From the NCBI GenBank assembly GCA_905478555.1, contig CAJQIZ010000021.1, positions 13,479 to 77,478 on the forward strand: a stretch of 64,000 nt of DNA. The letters are read 5' to 3'. The position numbers and the translations under genes are program-made. Every line of letters begins with the position of its first letter. Within the stretch, counting starts at the first letter, position 1. Shown in pieces: positions 32,559 through 40,917 of this stretch. The notes under the pieces were generated by a model, which was given only the letters and a program-made list of their open reading frames with translations, searched no databases and was not told the origin of the DNA. This DNA is from an uncultured Flavobacteriales bacterium. Its GTDB lineage: Bacteria; Bacteroidota; Bacteroidia; Flavobacteriales; BACL11.

Positions 32559-33557
32559 ATGGAAGACACAACAATTGACATAAAACAGCTGAACGATAAA
32601 ATAAACAAAGAAAGTGCTATTATCGACTTACTTACAATGGAACTAAGTAAGGTAATTGTAGGACAAAAAGAAATGGTAGATCGACTTTTAGTAGCCCTAT
32701 TGTCGGACGGACACATATTATTAGAAGGAGTACCAGGACTAGCAAAAACCCTTGCCATTAGCACTCTTGCTAAAACAATTGATGCTGAATTTAGTAGATT
32801 GCAATTTACTCCAGACCTTTTACCTGCCGATATTTTAGGAACACAAATATACAGCCCGAAAAAGGAAACATTCTCTATTAAGAAAGGACCAATTTTTTCT
32901 AACTTTATACTTTCAGATGAGATAAACAGAGCTCCTGCCAAAGTACAATCGGCACTATTAGAGGCCATGCAAGAACGGCAAATAACCATTGGAGATGAAA
33001 CCTTTAAATTAGAAGAACCTTTTTTGGTAATGGCAACCCAAAACCCGGTTGAACAAGAAGGAACTTACCCTTTACCAGAAGCGCAAGTAGACCGATTTAT
33101 GTTAAAAGTAATTATTGACTATCCGAAAAAGGAAGAAGAAAAAATAATTATGCGTCATAACTTAGCAAAGGAATTTCCACAAGCTAAAACTATATTAAAA
33201 ACCGAAAGTATCTTATCAGCAAGAAATGTGGTGAAGGAAGTTTATATGGACGAAAAAATTGAACAATATATTTTAGATATCATTTTTGCTACCAGAAACC
33301 CTGAGGAATACGGACTAGAAAAAATAAAAGATTTTATTTCTTTTGGAGGATCTCCAAGAGCGAGTATCAACTTAGCAAAAGCAAGTAAAGCATTTGCTTT
33401 TATAAAAAGAAGAGGATATGTAATTCCGGAAGATGTAAGAGCTATGTGTTATGATGTTTTAAGACACAGAATAGGACTTACTTATGAAGCAGAAGCAGAA
33501 AACATTTCCACAGAAGATATTATTACTGAAATACTAAACACAGTAGAAATTCCATAA
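32559..33557 (+). CDS. moxR: MoxR-family AAA+ ATPase
   Basis: Motifs are LLEGVPGLAKT (Walker A), ILSDEINRAPAKVQSALLEAMQERQ and ATQNPVEQEGTYPLPEAQVDRF. Confidence 0.9.
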   Translation: MEDTTIDIKQLNDKINKESAIIDLLTMELSKVIVGQKEMVDRLLVALLSDGHILLEGVPGLAKTLAISTLAKTIDAEFSRLQFTPDLLPADILGTQIYSPKKETFSIKKGPIFSNFILSDEINRAPAKVQSALLEAMQERQITIGDETFKLEEPFLVMATQNPVEQEGTYPLPEAQVDRFMLKVIIDYPKKEEEKIIMRHNLAKEFPQAKTILKTESILSARNVVKEVYMDEKIEQYILDIIFATRNPEEYGLEKIKDFISFGGSPRASINLAKASKAFAFIKRRGYVIPEDVRAMCYDVLRHRIGLTYEAEAENISTEDIITEILNTVEIP

Positions 33558-34429
33558 TGAGTACAATCGAACTTCTTAAAAAAGTACGAAAGATTGAAAT
33601 AAAAACCAAAGGACTTTCCAACCACATTTTTTCTGGAGAGTACCATACGGCTTTTAAAGGGAAGGGTATGGCTTTTTCGGAAGTGAGAGAATATCAACCA
33701 GGAGATGATGTTCGCTCTATAGATTGGAATGTAACGGCTCGATACAACAGTCCGTTTGTAAAGGTTTTTGAAGAGGAACGTGAAATGACTGTTATCCTTT
33801 TAATAGATGTAAGTGGAAGCTCGGATTTTGGTACACAAACACAACTAAAAAGAGAAGTAGCCACAGAAATAGCGGCTGTCCTGTCCTTTTCGGCTATCAA
33901 CAACAACGATAAAATTGGAGTCCTCTTTTTCTCGGATAAAATAGAAAAATTTATTCCTCCAAAAAAAGGGAAATCCCATATTCTACGAATAATAAGAGAA
34001 TTGATTACTTTTGAATCGGAAAGTAAAAAAACTAATATTGAATTAGCATTAAAGTACTTCAACAATGTAATAAAAAAGAGAGCCGTTTGCTTTATCCTCT
34101 CCGATTTTATGGATACTAATTTTGATAAATCCTTAAAAATTGCCCGAAACAAACACGATATTATCGCCCTCCGAATACATGACGAAAGAGAGGAAAAACT
34201 GCCAAATGTGGGACTCATAAAAGTAGAAGATGCCGAAAGCGGCCAAACAAGATGGATGGACAGCAGCAACAAACAAGTAAGAACAAATTACAACAATAAC
34301 TACAGAGAATTTGAAAAAGAATTAAAACAAACTCTACAAAGTTCAGGGGTAGACCATATTGATATAAAAACCGGAAAGGACTACATAAAGCCTCTAATCA
34401 GTTTCTTTAAAAATAGAGGAAAAAGATAA
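33557..34429 (+). CDS. DUF58 domain protein (MoxR partner)
   Basis: REYQPGDDVRSIDWNVTAR is the DUF58 hallmark, followed by a VWA-like LLIDVSGS. Its start overlaps the moxR stop. Confidence 0.85.
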   Translation: MSTIELLKKVRKIEIKTKGLSNHIFSGEYHTAFKGKGMAFSEVREYQPGDDVRSIDWNVTARYNSPFVKVFEEEREMTVILLIDVSGSSDFGTQTQLKREVATEIAAVLSFSAINNNDKIGVLFFSDKIEKFIPPKKGKSHILRIIRELITFESESKKTNIELALKYFNNVIKKRAVCFILSDFMDTNFDKSLKIARNKHDIIALRIHDEREEKLPNVGLIKVEDAESGQTRWMDSSNKQVRTNYNNNYREFEKELKQTLQSSGVDHIDIKTGKDYIKPLISFFKNRGKR

Positions 34430-35343
34430 TGAGGAAAATAGTTTATGTATTTTTATTTTTAAGTCAGTGGTCTTTTTCTCAAACTGCAATTTTAGATACC
34501 AACAGTATTTTAATTGGAGACCAAATAAAACTAAATATATCTTTAGAATTAGAAGAAAATGAATCCTATAACTGGCCCAAATTTACCGATACTGTATTTA
34601 ATAAAGTAGAAATACTTAAAAGAGGAAAAATAATAGAAACGAAAACAGAAACTACTAAAATTTTCTCTCAGCAACTTACCATCACTAGTTTTGATAGTGG
34701 AAGCTATTATATTCCTCCTTTTGTTTTTAATGAAAATAAAAAAACAAACGGATTACTATTAAATGTAAATACCATACTAATTACAGACAGTAGCGGAATG
34801 GCAGATATTAGTCTCCCAATTAAAGGAACAGAGGAGGATTTTACTGAAGAAGAGTTAGCTGAAATGAGAAAAGAAAAATGGAATATCTTTTTTATAATTA
34901 TAGCAGCATTACTATTGTGTACTTTAGTTTATTATATAATAAAAAAATATAAAAAGGATGGAGTCTTATTGACACCTAAAAAAATAATAGCCGCACATAT
35001 CACCGCACTAAATAAGTTGCAAAATTTAAACAAACAAAAACTGTGGCAGAAAGGAGAACTGAAAGAATATTATTCAGAAATATCTACAATTATTAGAGAG
35101 TATACAGAATTACGATTTGGGTTTAATGCGTTAGAACTTCCAACATCTGATATTTTATTAAAATTAACTCAAATTAAAATAGAGAAAGAAACAATACAAA
35201 ATATAGAAACAATTCTTAAAAGATCAGACAATATTAAGTACGCAAAAGGATTTTCGATAGAAGAAGAAAACAAACAAACAATGGACCTATCAGTTGATTT
35301 TATTAAGAAAACTAAAATAGAGAATCATGGATTTTCTAAATAA
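34429..35343 (+). CDS. Bat-operon hypothetical membrane-anchored protein
   Basis: It has a signal peptide and one central TM helix (WNIFFIIIAALLLCTLVYYII). It occupies the position of the uncharacterised third ORF in the Bacteroides bat operon. Confidence 0.55.
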   Translation: MRKIVYVFLFLSQWSFSQTAILDTNSILIGDQIKLNISLELEENESYNWPKFTDTVFNKVEILKRGKIIETKTETTKIFSQQLTITSFDSGSYYIPPFVFNENKKTNGLLLNVNTILITDSSGMADISLPIKGTEEDFTEEELAEMRKEKWNIFFIIIAALLLCTLVYYIIKKYKKDGVLLTPKKIIAAHITALNKLQNLNKQKLWQKGELKEYYSEISTIIREYTELRFGFNALELPTSDILLKLTQIKIEKETIQNIETILKRSDNIKYAKGFSIEEENKQTMDLSVDFIKKTKIENHGFSK

Positions 35344-36337
35344 AATATCTTTATATAACCCAGAATATTTATTATTATTAGTTTTAGTAATAGCACATCT
35401 TATTTGGTTTTTAATACTAAAAAAAAACAGAGTATCTACTATACTATTTTCAGAATTAAAATTTTTCAATAATAAAAAAACAATTAAAGAACGACTTGTT
35501 AACACTCCCTATATTTTGCAAATTTTATCTATTTGTTTTATTATTATCTCTATATCCCGACCACAAAGCACTATAAGCTGGGAAGAAAGTAAAACGGAAG
35601 GAATAGACATTATAATAGCAATGGATGTTTCTGGTAGCATGCTAGCACAAGATTTAAAACCAAGCAGATTAGAATCCACTAAAAAAATTGCTATCGATTT
35701 TATCCGTCAAAGAAAAAATGACAGAATTGGAATAGTAGTGTTTAGTGGAGAGAGTTTTACTCAATGCCCTCTAACTACCGACCATAATTCTCTTATCAAT
35801 TTATTTAATGATATAGAATACGGAATGATAAAAGACGGAACAGCAATTGGAGACGGACTTGGTAATGCTATAAACCGATTAATAGATTCAGACTCTAAAA
35901 GTAAAATTGTAATTCTACTTACAGATGGAGAAAACACTACAGGTAAAATTTCTCCTTTTACAGCAGCTGAAATTGCTGCTTCTGATTCTGTAAACATAAA
36001 AGTGTATACCATTGGAGTAGGAACAAAAGGAATGGCAAAATCACCAGTAGCTATTGATTTTAACGGTAAGTTTATTTACGACTATGTAGAAGTGAAAATT
36101 GATGAAGAAACACTTACTGAGATAGCAGTTAAAACAGGTGGAGAATACTACAGAGCTACTAACAATAAAAGCTTAAAAAATATTTATGAAGAAATAAATA
36201 AATTAGAAACTTCTGAAATAGAAACACAGAAATTTAGCAGCAAAACAGAAGAATTCTACTTGTTTGCACAACTATCACTAAGTCTATTTTTAATCTCTAT
36301 TTTGTTACAAATAACTTATTTCAGAAAAATAAACTAG
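35327..36337 (+). CDS. batA: VWA-domain membrane protein BatA
   Basis: N-terminal TM helices are followed by a VWA MIDAS motif (IIIAMDVSGSM) and LLTDGENTTG, with a C-terminal TM helix. Confidence 0.8.
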   Translation: MDFLNKISLYNPEYLLLLVLVIAHLIWFLILKKNRVSTILFSELKFFNNKKTIKERLVNTPYILQILSICFIIISISRPQSTISWEESKTEGIDIIIAMDVSGSMLAQDLKPSRLESTKKIAIDFIRQRKNDRIGIVVFSGESFTQCPLTTDHNSLINLFNDIEYGMIKDGTAIGDGLGNAINRLIDSDSKSKIVILLTDGENTTGKISPFTAAEIAASDSVNIKVYTIGVGTKGMAKSPVAIDFNGKFIYDYVEVKIDEETLTEIAVKTGGEYYRATNNKSLKNIYEEINKLETSEIETQKFSSKTEEFYLFAQLSLSLFLISILLQITYFRKIN

Positions 36338-37351
36338 ATGATTAAATTTGGAAATACAGACAATTTTTACTTATTGATATTAATACCGATATTGTCCCTT
36401 TTTCTATTTTTATTTTTAAAATGGAGAAAGAGAAACTTACTTAAATTCTCCACTAAAAACCTACAAAAAAACACCCTTAAAAACAAATCTGTATTTAGAG
36501 AAAAACTAAAATATTTAATTCAATTTCTTGGAATTTTATTTTTAATAATAGGACTAACAAACCCACAAATAGGAACCAACCTAGAAGAGGTGAAAAGAGA
36601 AGGGATTGAGATAGTAATAGCTATCGACTTATCCAATTCTATGTTATGTGAAGACATAAAACCAAACCGACTGTTAAGATCGAAACAAGCGATAAACAAA
36701 CTAATAGACCAGTTAGAAGGAGACAGAATTGGAATAGTAATTTTTGCAGGAGAATCATACACTCAACTACCCATAACCTCCGACTATTCTGCTGCTAAAA
36801 TGATTCTTTCTAATATAAATACAAAAAGTATTAATACACAAGGAACTAATATTGCGAAAGCGATACGACAAAGTGTAAAATCATTTAATTTTGAGAACGA
36901 GTACAATAAATCTATAATTATAATAACTGATGGTGAAGATCATGAGGAAGGAGCAATTACAGAATCTAATAAAGCGGCAGAAAAGGGAGTATTTATCCAT
37001 ACACTTGCTATTGGAAGTGAAAATGGTGGACCTATTCCTTTATCAAAAGAACGAGGATACAAAAAAGACAGAGAAGGAAATACCATTGTAACCAAACCAA
37101 ACTTTGTATTCCTATCAGAATTATCTAATGCAGGAAACGGAATAAACATTAACGCTAACAATAGTGATTTAGGATTAACAACACTGTTCAACGAAATAAG
37201 TAAAATAGAAAAGAAGGAGATAAGTAGCTTAATTTTCACTGACTACACCCACCGATTTCAACTATTTTTATTTATTTCATTATTCTTTTTTATGCTGAAT
37301 TTAATAATTTCAGAAAAACAAAATCTATTTCTTAAAAAATGGTTTCTATAA
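36338..37351 (+). CDS. batB: VWA-domain membrane protein BatB
   Basis: It has the same architecture as BatA (VIAIDLSNSM, IITDGEDHEEG, terminal TM helix). Confidence 0.8.
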   Translation: MIKFGNTDNFYLLILIPILSLFLFLFLKWRKRNLLKFSTKNLQKNTLKNKSVFREKLKYLIQFLGILFLIIGLTNPQIGTNLEEVKREGIEIVIAIDLSNSMLCEDIKPNRLLRSKQAINKLIDQLEGDRIGIVIFAGESYTQLPITSDYSAAKMILSNINTKSINTQGTNIAKAIRQSVKSFNFENEYNKSIIIITDGEDHEEGAITESNKAAEKGVFIHTLAIGSENGGPIPLSKERGYKKDREGNTIVTKPNFVFLSELSNAGNGININANNSDLGLTTLFNEISKIEKKEISSLIFTDYTHRFQLFLFISLFFFMLNLIISEKQNLFLKKWFL

Positions 37352-38025
37352 TGAAAAAAATACTTGTCCTATTATTTATTACTTCCTCATTTAATTTGTG
37401 GTCGCAAAACAAAGTAGAACTCCTAAACAAAGGAATTGAAATGTACGAACAGGAAAACTATGGCGAAGCGGAAGATTATTTTAAACAATCAGTAGAAAAA
37501 GACAATCAATATTATAAGGCAAACTTAAATGCTGGACACTCTCTTTTCCGACAAGCAATAAGCTTATTAAAATCAAAAGACACTTTAGCAGTTAAAAAAT
37601 TAGAAGAAGCCCAAATGTTTTACAAAAATTCTAGCAGCTTAACAGAAAATGACAATCAGAAAGCAGAAAGCTTATATAATGAAGGAAATAGTCAACTTTT
37701 ATCCCAAGAATTAGATAAAGCCATTGAATCCTATAAAAAATCACTAAGATTACAACCTGAAAACTATAACACAAAACACAACTTGGCTTTAGCACAATCC
37801 TTAAAAAAGAAACAAGAAAAAAAAGAAGAGGAGAAAGAAGAGGAGAAAGAAGAGGAGAGAAACGAAAAAAAAGAAGAGGAGAAACAAGAACCAAAGGAAC
37901 AAGAATTAAGTAAAGAAGAAATTGAGCAAATATTACAAGCTTTGGAAACAGAGGAAAAAGAAGTGCAAGAAGATTTACAGAAAAAGAAAGCAATTGGAAA
38001 CAATAAATTACTAAAAGATTGGTAA
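37351..38025 (+). CDS. batC: TPR protein BatC with K/E-rich C-terminal tail
   Basis: With ATG 37351 (TAATG overlap with batB) the signal peptide is MKKILVLLFITSSFNLWSQ. TPR units follow, then a KKQEKKEEEKEEEKEEE tail. Confidence 0.7.
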   Translation: MKKILVLLFITSSFNLWSQNKVELLNKGIEMYEQENYGEAEDYFKQSVEKDNQYYKANLNAGHSLFRQAISLLKSKDTLAVKKLEEAQMFYKNSSSLTENDNQKAESLYNEGNSQLLSQELDKAIESYKKSLRLQPENYNTKHNLALAQSLKKKQEKKEEEKEEEKEEERNEKKEEEKQEPKEQELSKEEIEQILQALETEEKEVQEDLQKKKAIGNNKLLKDW

Positions 38026-39764
38026 TAAAAAAAATACTTACTTTCCTTATCTTACTGCTTCATTTAAATTCTTTTTCACAAGAGTTAAATGTGATCATTA
38101 ATAAAAACCCAGCATTAACTAATGAGATAATAACACTTCAATATACAATTAATGCAAATGGGGATGACTTTAGACCACCTAACTTATCTAATTTTCATAT
38201 TTTAAGTGGTCCTAGCCAAGGTTTCACACAAAGTTACTCTAACCAAAACGGGAAAACTACAAGAGAGATAAAAACTACTATATCTTACACCATACAAGCA
38301 AAAAAAGTAGGAACCTTTATTATTCCCTCAGCTAGTGTAAAGGTAAATGGAAAAAATATAAAAAGTAAAGTTCTAAAAGTTAAAGTTGAAAAAGGGGCAG
38401 AAACAAATGACAATAATTTAACTAATGTTTATATAAAGTTAGTCACCAATAAATCTGAAATATTTGTAGGAGAACAAATTAGTTCTATTTCAAAAATATA
38501 CATTAAAAATGGAACAAATATTCAGAATTCAAATATCCTCCCAATAACTTATAACGGATTTTGGGAAGATGAAGTAAAGGTAAATACAAATAAACAAAAA
38601 AGAGAAATTATTGATGGAGTTGCTTACACATCTATAAAGTTTCGACATTCCGTACTAACCTCACAAAAATCTGGAAAACTGTATATTCCCTCATCAGAAA
38701 TGGATGTTTCTATCCCGCAAAGAGGTAGATTAATTTCTAATCATCCATTTTTCGGACCTCAATACGAAACTATTTTAAGTAGTTTAAACCTCAGCAGTAA
38801 GTCAAAAACAATTAATGTAAAAAAACTACCCTTACCAATTCCAACTAATTTTCATGGTACTGTAAGTGAAAATTTTACTTTAAAAACCACAGTAGATAAA
38901 ACAACACTCAAAACTTCCGAAGCTATTAGCTTTAAAGTAATTTTTAGAGGAGAGGGTAATATAAACCTACTAGAACCATTTAACATTACATTTCCAGATG
39001 CATTTGAAGTTTTTGAACCAACAATAACCGATAAAACTTTTACAGGAAACTATAATACAAACGGAACAAAAACATTTGAGTATATATTAATTGCAAGGCA
39101 AGTAGGTAACTTTGAGATAGATGAAATTAATTTCACTTATCTGAACCCTAAAACAGGAAAATATCAAAATATCAAAAGTGAAAAATATTCCTTTAAAATA
39201 GAAAAAGGAAAACAATATTTCCCAATAGATAGTACTCAAATAAATCAAGAAAAGATAGAGTTATTAAAATTTAATGGTGGTTCAAAAATTAGTACCCGAA
39301 TTCTAATTTACCATTGGTTTCCTAAATTATTCTGGGGAGGAATACTTATTATACTTATTATATATCTAACTTCTTTTATTCAGAACAAAAGAAACTCAAA
39401 ACCTGAACATACAAAAAGAAGGAAATCTACAAAAATAGCAATAAAAAGACTGAAAAACGCTCAATTATGTTTAAATAATAATGATTTTGATGTCTTTTTT
39501 GAAGAAATTGAAAAATCACTTTGGGGATATCTAACGGATAAATTTGGAGTGAAATCTGCAGAATTATCAAAAGAAAATATTGACATTCATTTCAACAATA
39601 ATAATATTGATAACGATTTTAAAAATAAGTTTATTGAAGTCTTAAATGTTTGCGAATTTGCTAGATATTCTCCAACCCAAGACCACAACAAAAAGATGCA
39701 AGAAACACTAGACAATGCAAAAGAAATAATAATAAAAATAGAAAGTAATTTATCCAAAAAATGA
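38019..39764 (+). CDS. batD: BatD-like protein (oxygen-tolerance family)
   Basis: It has a signal peptide, a beta-rich extracytoplasmic region, a late TM helix (WGGILIILIIYLTSFI) and a helical tail. There is no in-frame ATG near the 5' end, so an apparent TTG start at 38019 overlapping the batC stop is inferred. Confidence 0.7.
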   Translation: MVIKKILTFLILLLHLNSFSQELNVIINKNPALTNEIITLQYTINANGDDFRPPNLSNFHILSGPSQGFTQSYSNQNGKTTREIKTTISYTIQAKKVGTFIIPSASVKVNGKNIKSKVLKVKVEKGAETNDNNLTNVYIKLVTNKSEIFVGEQISSISKIYIKNGTNIQNSNILPITYNGFWEDEVKVNTNKQKREIIDGVAYTSIKFRHSVLTSQKSGKLYIPSSEMDVSIPQRGRLISNHPFFGPQYETILSSLNLSSKSKTINVKKLPLPIPTNFHGTVSENFTLKTTVDKTTLKTSEAISFKVIFRGEGNINLLEPFNITFPDAFEVFEPTITDKTFTGNYNTNGTKTFEYILIARQVGNFEIDEINFTYLNPKTGKYQNIKSEKYSFKIEKGKQYFPIDSTQINQEKIELLKFNGGSKISTRILIYHWFPKLFWGGILIILIIYLTSFIQNKRNSKPEHTKRRKSTKIAIKRLKNAQLCLNNNDFDVFFEEIEKSLWGYLTDKFGVKSAELSKENIDIHFNNNNIDNDFKNKFIEVLNVCEFARYSPTQDHNKKMQETLDNAKEIIIKIESNLSKK

Positions 39765-40309
39765 GACTATTAATTTTTTTATTCTTTGTTATTTTTTACA
39801 ATAACTCTCAATCTGCCGAACGGTTATTTAACAAAGCGGACTCTCTATTCAATATCCCAAATTATGAAGAAGCGATATCTACTTACAATAGTATTTTAGA
39901 GAATAATCTAGAAAGTTCAGAAATATATTATAATATGGGACTTTGTTATTTTCAAATAAAAGAATTCCAAAAAGCAAAACATCAATTCAAAAAATCGATT
40001 ATACTAAATCCGGAACTAAAGATTGCTGAAGAAAGAATAATACATTGTAACAACAAGTTATTAAAACAAAAAAGACCTAAACTTTTAACACAAATATGGA
40101 GAAATAAAATAAGAAACTTATGGACTGTAACTATCTGGTTTTCTGTAACAATCTTAGTTCAAACTCTACTAATATTACTTATAGTATTAAAACTATTTTA
40201 CAATAAAAAAATTCCGAATACTTATTTAATTTTACTCTTATTTAGCTCTATCCTTTTTTACTATTTCGTAAGTTCATTAATTATACATAATACTAATATT
40301 TTATCTTAA
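39761..40309 (+). CDS. batE: TPR + TM protein in the BatE position
   Basis: It has a signal peptide, TPR motifs (YEEAISTYNSIL, YYNMGLCYFQIKEFQKAKHQFKKSI) and C-terminal TM helices. It is shorter than the classical BatE and I saw no obvious SH3 region. Confidence 0.55.
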   Translation: MRLLIFLFFVIFYNNSQSAERLFNKADSLFNIPNYEEAISTYNSILENNLESSEIYYNMGLCYFQIKEFQKAKHQFKKSIILNPELKIAEERIIHCNNKLLKQKRPKLLTQIWRNKIRNLWTVTIWFSVTILVQTLLILLIVLKLFYNKKIPNTYLILLLFSSILFYYFVSSLIIHNTNILS

Positions 40310-40410
40310 AACAGTAAAAACTCCTCAATCAAGAAATATTTACTTTTGACGATATAATACAACTACAAAAAACCAAACTTATCAACTATCTGTAAAACAG
40401 ATAATTACAC

Positions 40411-40443
40411 TTTGTTAAAATATGTTTTTTTTCGTTACATTTG
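40411..40443 (+). promoter_or_regulatory. Candidate promoter of the adhesin locus, with a T8 tract in the spacer
   Basis: TTTG (40411..40414), a 21-nt spacer containing T8 (40425..40432) and TACATTTG (40436..40443) are present. The site lies about 28 nt upstream of ATG 40471. It is a pattern match only. Confidence 0.3.
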
Positions 40444-40470
40444 TTGCTATCTAAAACGAAACGAAACGAC

Positions 40471-40917
40471 ATGAAAAAAACTTTACTTAATGCAACTTTA
40501 TTTTGCGGGTTTCTCCTATTATCAAATACCCTGTTTTCTCAGAACAATAGTTGGGAAGAATACTTTACAGACAACAATATAAAAATTGAATTTAACTATC
40601 AAGTATGTGACTTCAGTTCCACTGCAAGTCAGGAGTTTTTAGTGTTCCGTTTCACCAACCTAACTAACAATAACATTACTTTAGATTATAGTATTGATCT
40701 ATGGAACAATTCCAAAGAAGTAAATACAGAACTAAACACAGATGAATTCCGTAAGACTGTTAAATTGGAGGCTAACGAAACATTAAGTTCTTCTTGTGAA
40801 AATAATGAAATGAAGAAATTTACAGTATTCTCCTCTTTTGTTCACAATACAACAGGAGAGAAATATGTAACACTTACAAAATTTGAATTAACGAATATAA
40901 CTACAACACATGAATAA
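40471..40917 (+). CDS. Small secreted beta-rich protein of unknown function, overlapping the start of giant adhesin 1
   Basis: With ATG 40471 the signal peptide is MKKTLLNATLFCGFLLLSNTLFSQ. Its stop overlaps the ATG of the next gene (ATGAATAA at 40910..40917). I recognised no family. Confidence 0.55.
   Translation: MKKTLLNATLFCGFLLLSNTLFSQNNSWEEYFTDNNIKIEFNYQVCDFSSTASQEFLVFRFTNLTNNNITLDYSIDLWNNSKEVNTELNTDEFRKTVKLEANETLSSSCENNEMKKFTVFSSFVHNTTGEKYVTLTKFELTNITTTHE

Noticed and set aside
32531-32989. A 152-aa ORF lies on the minus strand, antisense to moxR.
   Set aside because: The plus strand encodes a full-length MoxR ATPase with all motifs. The antisense product is low-complexity with no motifs, so it is a typical shadow ORF.
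33694-34272. A 192-aa minus-strand ORF lies antisense to the DUF58 gene (also 33482..33697, 35761..36012, 36520..36762 and 36940..37239 antisense to bat genes).
   Set aside because: These are shadow ORFs opposite well-supported genes. They have no start context and no recognisable domains.
37631-38003. Two minus-strand ORFs (120 and 79 aa) rich in L/S/F sit opposite the batC tail.
   Set aside because: They are the reverse-complement reading of the purine-rich GAA/GAG (K/E) repeat in batC, which makes them an artefact of low-complexity sequence.
40387-40403. A 7-bp stem / 3-nt loop hairpin (TATCTGT-aaa-ACAGATA) lies between batE and the adhesin-locus promoter.
   Set aside because: The stem is short and AT-rich with no following U-tract, so there is not enough evidence to call a terminator or operator.
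40454-40468. An (AAACG)x3 tandem repeat sits immediately upstream of ATG 40471.
   Set aside because: It has only three units, so it is probably just a purine-rich leader. It is noted as a possible slippage site but is too short to support a claim.
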